A DNA stretch of 64,000 nt from an uncultured bacterium (GTDB lineage: Bacteria; Oederibacteriota; JAAXVQ01; JAUVAV01): contig CAVQBK010000001.1 of the NCBI GenBank assembly GCA_963710755.1, forward strand, positions 64,001 to 128,000. The letters are read 5' to 3'. This document shows, in pieces, positions 30,643 through 40,261 of the stretch. The translations under genes and the position numbers were made by a program. A model generated the notes under the pieces. That model was not told the DNA's origin. It worked only from the letters and a program-made list of their open reading frames with translations, and did no database searches. Every line of letters begins with the position of its first letter. The first letter of the stretch is position 1.

Positions 30643-32852
30643 TTGCTCCATGAACACATTCTGATAATTGCTATTATTGATTTTGCTCTCGGGCTTTATA
30701 TTTTATTTAAGAATCCCAAAAAGCAACCTAATGTGGCCTTTGCACTCCTCTCTTTAAACTTCACCCTGTGGCTGGTCGGATTATTTTTATTGATGAATTC
30801 ACATGAATATAAAAATGTTTTGGTTTGGGGGCGCCTTACTTTTACTGGTGGGATGTTAGCGCCCGCGGCTTTGCTCCATTTTATTAAGTCTTTTCCTGAT
30901 AAAAAAATAAACTTCAAAAAGATTTGGCTTCTATATTCTCCTGGTTTGATATCCCTAGTACTATCTATTACACCTCTTGTAATTAAAGATGTGAAAATAC
31001 ATAGCTGGGGCCTGGAGCCTGTTCCGGGAATAGGCTATGCTTTTGTAATTGTTTATTTTATATCGTATATTATTTTGTCCATAATATCTATTCTTAAAGA
31101 ATTTTTAAAATCGAAAAATGTAAAAAAAATGCATTGGTTATATATTTTGTTCGGATTTCCTATTCCTGTGGCACATGTTTTAACCACGAATATCATTCTG
31201 CCATTGCTGGGATTTAAAAATGTCTATGTTTTTGGTCCTTGGGCAACTATCGAAATGTGTTTGCTGTTCAGCTATGCGATACTTAAATATCGATTGTTAG
31301 AAGTCGAAATAATATTTAAAAGAACGTCGATTTATCTGATGCTAGCTGCTTTTATTTCGTGTGTATATATTTTCTTTTTAATACTGCCTTTGGAAATATT
31401 TAAAAGTATTGGTCGAAATGGATCGTTGGCTGTTATGTTCATATCGGCAATAATTATTGCTTTGACAATTCAGCCTCTTCGCGAATGGCTTGATCGGGTG
31501 ACGGATCGTTTTTTCTTTCAAAAGAAATATGACTACACTAAAATATTGGAAAAAGTTTCAAAGCAATTAAATACAGTCATGCACAACCGGGATGCTTATG
31601 ATGCCGTTATGGATCCCATGCTCAATGAGATGCATTTGAAGGGCGCGGCCATTTATCTCCATGCTAAACCGGGGGATGAGTATTTTGAATGCCAGAAAAA
31701 AGATGGGAACTTGGGCCTCTGTTTTGCCCGAAAAAATCCAGGATAGTAGTATGTTGCTGGAGTATTTAAGTCAGCAAGCCAAATATCTTGATCCTGGTGA
31801 ATTTCGTTACGAATATGGCCATCTCTATGCGGATGGTGAGATCAAGGATCCCCGCAAGGCAGCCATTCAAAATGAAATGGACCAAGTATTCCATGGGGCG
31901 TTACTCATTCCCTTAATGCTCAAAACCAATATGATCGGTTTTATGACACTTGGGAGAAAAGCGGTCCGGAGATCAATTCAGCCATCGTGATTTATCCTTG
32001 CTGGAAACCATTGCCACTCAATTGGTGACGGCTTTGGACAATATCCGCCTTTATGAGCAGATGTTCAACAACGAGCGTCTGGCGGTCATTGGCACCATGT
32101 CCGCCAGCATTGCCCATGAAATCCGCAATCCCTTGGCCTCCATCAAAACTTTTATTCAAATGCTGGAAGACAAGCACAATTCGCCGCCCTTTATGGATAA
32201 ATTCAACCGTATTGTGCCCTCGGAGATCGAACGTATTGCCAGGATTACAGCCGACTTGCTGGCTTTTTCCAAGCCTTCGGCTCCCAGTCTGACCGCGGTA
32301 AAAGTAACGGACATGGTAGAAAAAGTATTGGCCTTAATGGCGCCACAGCTGAGGAAAAAACAAATCAAAGTGGAGAACAATGCGGACAAAGACATGACCA
32401 TCCATGCTGATTCGCAACAGATTTTCCAGGTGATTTTAAATATTTTTCTCAATGCCATGCAAGCTTCACCCAGTGGCACTACCATTACGGTGACCACCAA
32501 GGTCAGGGAAGAGAAACGGCGGACTGAAGAAGGGCAGAAATATTATGGTTATATCATGATCCAGGACCAGGGCAGTGGCATTAAGGAAAAAGAGATTGCC
32601 AATATTTTCCAGCCTTTTTTTACCACCAAGACCGATGGCACCGGCCTGGGGCTGCCTACGTGCAAACGCATTGTGGAAGCCCATCAAGGCTTTATTGATG
32701 TGGACAGCCAAGAAAATGTGGGCACCAAAATGACCGTGGTGGTGCCCATGAATTTAAGCCAGGCTGACCTGGGCTTGCCGCCCGAAACCGCGGCGGAAAC
32801 CACGGAATCCCTTCGAAGCCCGGTGCCCCTGCCGCAAGTGCAGCCGGAATGA
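30643..32852 (+). CDS. 7TM (HisKA_7TM-like)-GAF-histidine kinase, split by two +1 frameshifts
   Basis: ORFs 30643-31746, 31661-31990 and 31950-32852 join: N-terminal TM sensor (KNPKKQPN..F, YAILKYRLL), GAF (LGEKRSGDQF...DL.LL), AHEIRNPL H-box, DQGSGI / FQPFFTTK.DGTGLGL ATPase. Confidence 0.85.
32805..32850 (+). repeat. 46-bp direct repeat, left copy (3' end of kinase gene; att-like)
   Basis: GAATCCCTTCGAAGCCCGGTGCCCCTGCCGCAAGTGCAGCCGGAAT; 45/46 identical to 37828-37873. Confidence 0.95.
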
Positions 32853-32892
32853 TCAGGAAAATCCAAGCACCAGCACGAGGGCCGGAGTCACT

Positions 32893-33186
32893 TTGACACC
32901 GCAGGAAACCGCAGGAAGACCACAGCCACCGATCTCTGATTCAAATATTGCAATAAAACTGAGCAAACTTTTTTCAAATATGTTTGGCGACGAAAACGGA
33001 AATCTTGATTCTTCAAAACATGTGTTACAGGATAAGCAAGTAAGAGACTTACTCTGGCAAGGTGCGACACAGGATCGACTTAACCAAGAATGGATAGATG
33101 CTTTAACTAAACAGCGCAATGAAACCATCAAGAGACTTAAGCTCTCGGAAGCTGACATGCCCCTCCCGGATTGGATGAAAAAATAG
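32893..33186 (+). CDS. Hypothetical protein or gene remnant
   Basis: 97-aa ORF, TTG start, protein-like composition, no recognised motif. Confidence 0.35.
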   Translation: MTPQETAGRPQPPISDSNIAIKLSKLFSNMFGDENGNLDSSKHVLQDKQVRDLLWQGATQDRLNQEWIDALTKQRNETIKRLKLSEADMPLPDWMKK

Positions 33187-33476
33187 GAGTAAGTGGGGTG
33201 GAAATAATTCCAAGGAAGGTTGGGGCTAAAATATCTCATCAAATGTAAAACCTACGTAAATACCAATTTACGGTTGTCATCTCTCCTGGGATTACTTATG
33301 ATGATGGCCGATTAAAAAGCAACCCTAAAAAATGAAATTAAAGTGAAAGAAAAATTTGATTTGACTGTCAAAATAACTGATGTCATTTCGGGAAAAAGGG
33401 AGATGAGGTGTGTTTTGGACGGCAAATTTAAGTGCTTGCTCCCAAAAATGAAATCTTCCGAAAAAGGATTTGAACA

Positions 33477-34067
33477 ATGAAATTAATCCTGACTTTATTA
33501 GGCATTTTAATACCTGTAATCTCAGTTGCAGCTATGCAATCCACGGATGCCATTATGGAAAAAGACGTTTTTAATATGACTGGTAATACGGCTACCGCAG
33601 GCAGCGAACAATTACAAAGCTCGGTTGGTGAAATGGCGATAGGTCAATTTAACGGCGAGGGTATGATTCAAGCCGGCTTTTTTAATGATTTCGTTCTACC
33701 TGTACCCACAGCCACCCCAACTGCCACCATAACGCCCACACTTGTTCCTACAGCCACACCTATGGCGGGTTTTGACGGCAAACTGATTTCAAAAAATTAT
33801 GTGTATTGCGCACCCAATCCCAGTCGTGGCAGCATCATGAATTTTGTTGTCCATACAGCCCAGGCTTGCGATGTTGACGTTAAAATGTATACATCGACAC
33901 ATAAGTTTGTGTTGAGTTTTGAGATGGCATCCAACCAAATGGAAAAAATTACCCATCACTTGTACGTCGGCAACTTGGCCAACGGTGTTTATTTTATGCT
34001 GGTTGAGGCCCGTAATAAAGAAGGTGTGGAAGAACGGCTGATTAAAAAAGTTGCGTTAATAAAGTGA
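33477..34067 (+). CDS. Small secreted protein with Pro/Thr linker and T9SS type-A-like C-terminal sorting domain
   Basis: Signal peptide; PTATPTATITPT linker; APNP...VKMYT.....V...LANGVYF...KKVALIK resembles the YPNP/LxxGxY/KxxxxK CTD. Confidence 0.75.
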   Translation: MKLILTLLGILIPVISVAAMQSTDAIMEKDVFNMTGNTATAGSEQLQSSVGEMAIGQFNGEGMIQAGFFNDFVLPVPTATPTATITPTLVPTATPMAGFDGKLISKNYVYCAPNPSRGSIMNFVVHTAQACDVDVKMYTSTHKFVLSFEMASNQMEKITHHLYVGNLANGVYFMLVEARNKEGVEERLIKKVALIK

Positions 34068-34140
34068 TGAAGCATTTGAAAATCTTACCTAATAGGACTT
34101 TATTGTATGATCTTATTAGAGGGAACATCAGGAGGGGGAA

Positions 34141-35082
34141 ATGAAAAATATTAAAGTAATTGCTGTAATGGCGGGCTTGCTTTCGATGGCTGCTTTTGTT
34201 TCGGCCAATGTGCAAGCGGTTTTTAATTACCAGGGCCGCCTAACGCAGCAAGATGGCACACCCTATACCGGAAATCATTCCATTACATTGAGTATTTACG
34301 ATGTTCCAACAGGAGGGGTGGCATTGCGCAGCGCTGTTTATCAGCGCAATATCATGAATGGCTATTTCAATATACAATTCGGCACGGAAGTTACCATGGA
34401 TATATCCACACTGCCTTTTGATCAGCAGTATTATATCGGTGTTCGTGTGGATGCTCAGGACGAAATGACGCCTAGGGAAAAGTTAGGCAGTGTGGCCTAT
34501 GCCATGAGGGCAATGTCCTCTGGTTCGATAGATGATAATGCAGTAACTACAGCTAAATTAAGTGACAGTGCGGTTACCGGTCCCAAACTTGCAACCTCTG
34601 CCGCTAGCCTGGATAAGTTAGCAAGCAATGCCGTTAACAGTTCCAAAATTGTTGATGGTAGTGTGGCGCAAGCGGACTTGGCTATGAATGCTGTCATGCC
34701 GGTTGGATCTATTATTGCGTGGCACAAATCGTTGTATAATACTCTCCCTTCAAATTGGGTGGAATGCAATGGAGGAACGGTTAGTGATTCCAGCAGCCCT
34801 ATCAATGGAAGTCCTATACCCAATTTAAATGGCGAGGGGCGGTTTTTGCGGGGAGGCACGACATCGGGCACTATGCAAGCTGATGAGTTGAAAAATCATA
34901 CACACAAGGTCATATCGAGCTGGGTGTCTGGCAATCGAACAGAATGGCACGTCGTTGCTGATTGGACAGATGCTAATGATGGGCCAACTGATGAAAAAAA
35001 TGGGCCGTCACTAACCAGCACTGGCGGTGGTGAGACAAGACCGATCAATATGAGCGTGATTTGGATTATGAAAATAAAATAA
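34141..35082 (+). CDS. Secreted tail-fibre-like protein with phage tail-collar domain
   Basis: Signal peptide; FNYQGRLT...G.P N-domain; 10-aa repeats (IDDNAVTTAK, LSDSAVTGPK, LASNAVNSSK); MPVGSIIAW..PSNWVECNG..PNL..RFLRG collar; GGETRP.N....IMKIK end. Confidence 0.8.
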   Translation: MKNIKVIAVMAGLLSMAAFVSANVQAVFNYQGRLTQQDGTPYTGNHSITLSIYDVPTGGVALRSAVYQRNIMNGYFNIQFGTEVTMDISTLPFDQQYYIGVRVDAQDEMTPREKLGSVAYAMRAMSSGSIDDNAVTTAKLSDSAVTGPKLATSAASLDKLASNAVNSSKIVDGSVAQADLAMNAVMPVGSIIAWHKSLYNTLPSNWVECNGGTVSDSSSPINGSPIPNLNGEGRFLRGGTTSGTMQADELKNHTHKVISSWVSGNRTEWHVVADWTDANDGPTDEKNGPSLTSTGGGETRPINMSVIWIMKIK

Positions 35083-35094
35083 TCGAGGTAAATA

Positions 35095-35742
35095 ATGATC
35101 GCTGCTGAAGTTGTTAATATTCCCTTGCGGCATAAATTGCTGCTAAGAGAATTGGTCAAAATTAAACAAAGATATTTTGATAAAACAAAGATCAATTTGT
35201 TAGATATAGGCGGCTCTAATGGCGCGTTTCTTGAATTGGTAAAAACTCAATGTTCTGATTTTGAAGAAGCAGGGCTAGTAGAAATTGATGATCATTTCAA
35301 GGAAAGAATATTAAATTTTGGGAAGTTTTATTATCAAGATTTACAGATGGGCACCGGAGATATTCCGTCGGGGAAATACCAAGTAATTACGATGTGGGAA
35401 TTGGTTGAACATATTGAAAATAATTACGGGCTGTTTAGGAATATTTATAAATTGTTACCTCCAAATGGCTTAATTGCGATTTCAACACCGAATGTTTGCA
35501 GCTTAAGCCGGCTTATTAAAGGTGAAAAATGGATAGGAGTGAGAGACAAAAGTCATAAGGTATTAATGAGCCATGTTTCTCTTAAAATGATTTTAGAAAA
35601 TTGCGGATTTGAAGTGATTTTGTCGCGGAATTATTTTTTTCCTAATCGCTTGCCCCCGGCATTGGATTGGTTTAATAATTTAATTTCAGCATTTCCTGGC
35701 GGGGGGATGTTATTTATGGCAGCGGTTAAAAGGAGCTCGTGA
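35095..35742 (+). CDS. Class I SAM-dependent methyltransferase (surface-glycan-associated type)
   Basis: LLDIGGSNGAFL, ITMWELVEHI, LLPPNG.I.ISTPN. Confidence 0.88.
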   Translation: MIAAEVVNIPLRHKLLLRELVKIKQRYFDKTKINLLDIGGSNGAFLELVKTQCSDFEEAGLVEIDDHFKERILNFGKFYYQDLQMGTGDIPSGKYQVITMWELVEHIENNYGLFRNIYKLLPPNGLIAISTPNVCSLSRLIKGEKWIGVRDKSHKVLMSHVSLKMILENCGFEVILSRNYFFPNRLPPALDWFNNLISAFPGGGMLFMAAVKRSS

Positions 35743-35793
35743 TCCGCCGTCACGAATTGCAAGTGAAACCCGGCCCAAAAATATGAGTATCGT

Positions 35794-37716
35794 TTGGATT
35801 ATGAAAATAAAGTAACTAAGCCGATGCGATTGGACAACCTTACGAAAAATGACAGTTTCATAAGAAAAATCACCAGTTTTGTCATAAATAATAATGGCAT
35901 GAGATTTTTGCTGATCTGCATGTCTATTATCAATATCACTTATTTGCTTGCGCTCAAAACTTTCGAAGAAAAAGCAGCGTTGTTTTTTATCAATCCTAAT
36001 TTTCCATCTGATGTGCTAGCTTGGATGTTGAAAACCTTTATCCTGGTAAGTGTTTTATTAACAGGATCTTATATTGGTTTTCGAAAAATATTCCTTAATC
36101 GCAAACCCGGAAAAAACCGGGGCATTTTGGCTTACCTGCCGTTTGCTTTGTTGTTTCCCGTGGTTATCATTGCTGGAATTATGCCGATACATCTCCATTT
36201 TACCATTTTATTGCTTAAATATTCCTTGGCCGGCTTTCTTGTCATTAATGTCATCCTCTTTTTTAATGAAAAGTCCATTAATGATATTGTAACCAATTTA
36301 AGTGTGTCTGCGAATAAACATCTGGGCAAAATAGCGCTATTATATTTTTTAATCGTGAGCTTATTAGCTGTATTAAGACATTTTTCCATTAATACACATG
36401 GTTATGATCTGGGCATATTCGATCAGGTGGTGTGGAAATATAGTAAACTAGCCTCACCCTTCAGCAGCATTTTGTCCAAAAATATGCTGGGAGAACACTT
36501 TTCTCCGATTTTAATGCTGTTGGTGCCGTTATACTGGATCTGGTCCAGCCCTGTAGTTTTATTAGTTGCCCAAACTTTTTTTTTGGCGCTAGGTGGTTGG
36601 ATTTTGATGAATTTGGCCAAGAAAGAACTCGATTCTCCGGCTTTAATAATAATCACCGTTTTGGCCTATTTTGGCTTCCCTTATTTGATCCACGCCAACC
36701 TGTACGATTTTCATGAAGTGGCCTTTGAAGTGCCTATTCTCTTTGCCTTTTTCTGGGCAATATTAAATAAGAAATACGCCTTTTCTTTTTTATTCGGTCT
36801 GCTTTTTTTATTCTGTAAAGAAGATACCTTCCTCTATTTAATCGGTTTTTCCTTGATCCGCACGATCATGCTGTTGTTGGGAGATAAGGACAAAAAGGAA
36901 ATAGCCTTACATGCCATTCTAATGGTTGTGGCCGTGATCTGTGGAATTAGTGTTCTTAAATACATTATGCCTCATTTCACCCCCGGCCATGCAGGTTACA
37001 ATCTTGCCAGGTATAAGAATTTAGGAAATACTTTTTCTGAAATAGCCGCAACTTATCTGTTTCGTTTTCCCTATTTGATAAAACTCTTGTTTCAATCAGA
37101 CCGTTTTGTTTATTTACTAAGATTGTTTGCAACCCTGGGATTCGTACCTCTTTTAAGCCCGGGGTACTTTCTGATAAGTCTTGTTCCTATTGCCGCCGTT
37201 ATTTTTGGCCAATATAACGAGTTCATAAGGATGGATTTGCAGTATGCCTTGCCTATTATTCCTTTTCTTTTTTTAGCCTATCTTTTTGGTATGCGGCAAC
37301 TGGAAAAATTAATGGCAAGTGAAAATAAGAAAAAATGGTTTTTACCAGCCGTGACTTTTTTAGCCTGTCTTATTATTCTGAATATTAAGGTCAGGGATTT
37401 TATTCCGTTGATACCCGATCAACATGGTTTGGCAGCCTATAAAATGCTGGAGAAAGTGCCGCCTCACGCCAGTGTTTCCGCTCAGTCCGATCTGGTGCCC
37501 CATCTTTCTCAACGCGATCAAATCTATAATTTCCCTGAAGTCAACAATGCCCGGTATATTGCATTAGACCAAAAAGGGAACTACTGGCCGCTTGATAAAT
37601 CCGATTATGAAAAAAAGGTTGCAGCCATTTTGACGGCACCGGCTTATAAGCTGATCTATTCCTATGATGGTTATTTGTTGTTCGAAAAGCAAGGTGATAA
37701 AGTGGAAAATCACTGA
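35794..37716 (+). CDS. DUF2079-like multi-pass membrane protein (putative GT-C glycosyltransferase)
   Basis: YDLGIFDQ, GEHFSPIL, YDFHEVAF, CKED, PHLSQR motifs; many TM helices. Confidence 0.8.
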   Translation: MDYENKVTKPMRLDNLTKNDSFIRKITSFVINNNGMRFLLICMSIINITYLLALKTFEEKAALFFINPNFPSDVLAWMLKTFILVSVLLTGSYIGFRKIFLNRKPGKNRGILAYLPFALLFPVVIIAGIMPIHLHFTILLLKYSLAGFLVINVILFFNEKSINDIVTNLSVSANKHLGKIALLYFLIVSLLAVLRHFSINTHGYDLGIFDQVVWKYSKLASPFSSILSKNMLGEHFSPILMLLVPLYWIWSSPVVLLVAQTFFLALGGWILMNLAKKELDSPALIIITVLAYFGFPYLIHANLYDFHEVAFEVPILFAFFWAILNKKYAFSFLFGLLFLFCKEDTFLYLIGFSLIRTIMLLLGDKDKKEIALHAILMVVAVICGISVLKYIMPHFTPGHAGYNLARYKNLGNTFSEIAATYLFRFPYLIKLLFQSDRFVYLLRLFATLGFVPLLSPGYFLISLVPIAAVIFGQYNEFIRMDLQYALPIIPFLFLAYLFGMRQLEKLMASENKKKWFLPAVTFLACLIILNIKVRDFIPLIPDQHGLAAYKMLEKVPPHASVSAQSDLVPHLSQRDQIYNFPEVNNARYIALDQKGNYWPLDKSDYEKKVAAILTAPAYKLIYSYDGYLLFEKQGDKVENH

Positions 37717-37827
37717 ATTTAGTATTGAGCAGTACCCCTCATCCTGCCTCCTATGGTGCCCGAAGAGTATCCCCCAAATAAGTTGGGGAGAGGAGCAAAG
37801 AAAAATAGTCTTGAAAAAAGCAAGTCC

Positions 37828-37873
37828 GAATCCCTTCAAAGCCCGGTGCCCCTGCCGCAAGTGCAGCCGGAAT
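37828..37873 (+). repeat. 46-bp direct repeat, right copy
   Basis: GAATCCCTTCAAAGCCCGGTGCCCCTGCCGCAAGTGCAGCCGGAAT, ending in an in-frame TAG stop. Confidence 0.95.
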
Positions 37874-38028
37874 AGCCGGAATAAGGTTTTCTATTTTTAA
37901 ATTTTGGTAACCTATTGCCTCCCAACTTTTTTCCTGCTCCTAATGTCATCCCCAATTTCTGAGTTTCTAAAACAAACCATTGTTAAAAAAGGTGTTGTTC
38001 ATTATAATGCTGAAATTACAGCAAGGAG

Positions 38029-38538
38029 ATGAGCATGCGCACATTGGCGGTTTACCCGGGAACCTTTGATCCTGTCACTACAGGGCATCTGGATCTGATC
38101 AGGCGCTCCAGCGAAGTCTTTTCCAAAGTCATTGTGGCGGTGGCCGGCAGCACCCAGAAAAAAGCCCTCTTTACTGTGGAGGAACGAATGCACATGCTCA
38201 GGAATGCCACCGCAGGCCTGGAACGCATTGAAATAGGATCTTTTGAGGGGTTATTGGTGGAATACATTAAAAGCACCCACGCCCATGTGGTGGTGCGCGG
38301 GTTGCGAGCTATTGCTGATTTTGAGTACGAATTTCAATTGGCGCAAATGAACCGGAAACTCTATCCTGATTTTGAAATTGTGTATATGATGCCTGGTGAA
38401 AAATATACCTACATCAGCTCGTCCTTGGCCAAGGAAGTGGCTTTACTGGGCGGGGATATTTCGGAACTGATCCCCGGGGAAATCAAAGAATATTTTCTTG
38501 AAACGTTAAAGACAAGAAAAACAACGCAGGAGGCTTAA
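38029..38538 (+). CDS. coaD: Phosphopantetheine adenylyltransferase
   Basis: YPGTFDPVT.GHLD, RGLRA..DFEYE, ISSS..KE. Confidence 0.97.
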   Translation: MSMRTLAVYPGTFDPVTTGHLDLIRRSSEVFSKVIVAVAGSTQKKALFTVEERMHMLRNATAGLERIEIGSFEGLLVEYIKSTHAHVVVRGLRAIADFEYEFQLAQMNRKLYPDFEIVYMMPGEKYTYISSSLAKEVALLGGDISELIPGEIKEYFLETLKTRKTTQEA

Positions 38539-38539
38539 G

Positions 38540-40189
38540 GTGGGAAAAAATAAAGTCTGTTTTTCAATGAGCGTGCTGAGCTTGTGTGCCTTGATGATGT
38601 TGGCCGGCTGCAGCCGGCAAAAAGAGGAAGATCGCATCCCCAATCCTTTGGTCCATTACAGTCCGGCCTACGGCGATGCCATTGTAGAAGGCACCATAGC
38701 CGATCCTGCTATCCTCAATCCGGTATTGGCCTCTGATTCCGCCTCTTTTGAAGTCATTGATCTGGTGTTCAGCTCGCTGCTGAAAATGGACAAAGATCTT
38801 AATCTGGTGGGGGATGTGGCCAAGAGTTGGAAAATATCTCCTGATGGCAAGGTGATTACCTTCTACTTAAAAGAGAATGTTAAATTCCACGATGGCGCGC
38901 CCTTAACGGCCAATGATGTGCAGTTTACCATAGCCACGTTCCTTGATCCTAAAATTAAAACGGCTTACCGCAGTAATTTTGAAAACATCACCAAGACCGA
39001 AGTGATCAATGATTACACTTTCCGGGTGACTTATCGCGAACCTTTTGCACCCTCCTTGGAGCGTATTGGCGGCATGGCCATCCTACCCAGACATTTACTT
39101 AAGGGTCGGGATATTAATACGGCCGATGATTTTAATTTCAAACCTATTGGCTCCGGTCCCTATAAGTTCGTTAAATGGACCCGGGCGGAATCGGTTGTTC
39201 TAAAAGCCAATGCCGAATATTTCGATAGCCGGCCCTATCTGAACCGGGTGGTTTTCCGCATCATTCCCGATTCAGCGGTGGAATTTTTGGAGCTGCAAAA
39301 CGGGGGCCTGGATATGATGAGCCTGACCCCGGATCAATATACGGGAGAAGCCAGCACCGAAAATTTCGAAAAACGATTTAACAAATATCGCTATCCTGCC
39401 AGTCAGTACACCTATTTGGGCTTTAACTTACGAAAAGACATTTTTAAGGATAAGCGTTTCCGGCAAGCCATTGACATGGCTATTGATAAAAAAGCGTTGG
39501 TCAAAAGCGTGCTCGACGGTCTGGGACAGGAATCCACCGGACCGTTTACGCCCAATTCCTGGGCCTTCAATCCTGAAGTCAAACCGGAACCTTTTGATCC
39601 GCTGCGGGCCAGAGAAATCCTGACCCAGCAACTGGGGTACACCTATAAAAATGACGGCATGCTTTACAAAAACAATCGGCCGCTGGAATTGACCATCCAG
39701 ACCAACCAGGGCAACCGCAACCGGGAACAATCGGCCACCATTATCCAAGCCCAGTTGAAGGAAATTGGAATCAAAGTTAATATCCGTATCATTGCCTGGA
39801 GCACCTTTTTGGATCAATTTATTAATAAACGGAAATTCGATATGGTGTTGATGGGGTGGTCCCTGCCTCGTGATCCTGACAATTACGCTATTTTTCATTC
39901 TTCTCAGACCAAAGAGCATGAATTCAACTTTTTATCCTACAAGAATCCTGAGGTAGATCGTTTGTTGGAAGAAGCCCGGGTCACCTATAACAAGGAAAAA
40001 CGCAAACGCATGTATTATCGCGTCCATGCTCTTATCGCTGCTGATCTGCCCTGTGTTTTTCTATATGTGCCGGATAGTCTGCCCTGCGTGCACCGCAGAA
40101 TATTAGGCATTGATCCGGGCCCGGCCGGCATAGGTTACAATTTCACCAAATGGTTTGTACCGGAAGGCTATCAAAAATACGCCAAATAA
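38540..40189 (+). CDS. Peptide ABC transporter substrate-binding lipoprotein (OppA/AppA family)
   Basis: Lipobox LAGC; VKFHDG.PLTA.DV.FT; PIGSGPYKF; D.RFRQA. Confidence 0.93.
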   Translation: MGKNKVCFSMSVLSLCALMMLAGCSRQKEEDRIPNPLVHYSPAYGDAIVEGTIADPAILNPVLASDSASFEVIDLVFSSLLKMDKDLNLVGDVAKSWKISPDGKVITFYLKENVKFHDGAPLTANDVQFTIATFLDPKIKTAYRSNFENITKTEVINDYTFRVTYREPFAPSLERIGGMAILPRHLLKGRDINTADDFNFKPIGSGPYKFVKWTRAESVVLKANAEYFDSRPYLNRVVFRIIPDSAVEFLELQNGGLDMMSLTPDQYTGEASTENFEKRFNKYRYPASQYTYLGFNLRKDIFKDKRFRQAIDMAIDKKALVKSVLDGLGQESTGPFTPNSWAFNPEVKPEPFDPLRAREILTQQLGYTYKNDGMLYKNNRPLELTIQTNQGNRNREQSATIIQAQLKEIGIKVNIRIIAWSTFLDQFINKRKFDMVLMGWSLPRDPDNYAIFHSSQTKEHEFNFLSYKNPEVDRLLEEARVTYNKEKRKRMYYRVHALIAADLPCVFLYVPDSLPCVHRRILGIDPGPAGIGYNFTKWFVPEGYQKYAK

Positions 40190-40261
40190 ACCGGCAAAGG
40201 ATCGGCTTGTTTTTGACTTTTTATCGCATGCAGATACCACCATGCACAAGGAGACGGGCTA

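Larger units (their letters stand above)
32853..37873. mobile_element. ~5-kb genomic islet bounded by direct repeats, no integrase visible
   Basis: Flanking 46-bp repeat; visibly more AT-rich than the flanks; accessory surface-related cargo. Confidence 0.65.

Noticed and set aside
33190-33480. Protein-like fragments (TVVISPGITYDDGRLK / NEIKVKEKFDLTVKITDVISG) upstream of the CTD gene
   Set aside because: No start codon or recognisable family; at most a gene relic
34141-35082. Prophage suggested by the tail-collar domain
   Set aside because: No capsid, terminase, integrase or lysis genes; the protein has a signal peptide
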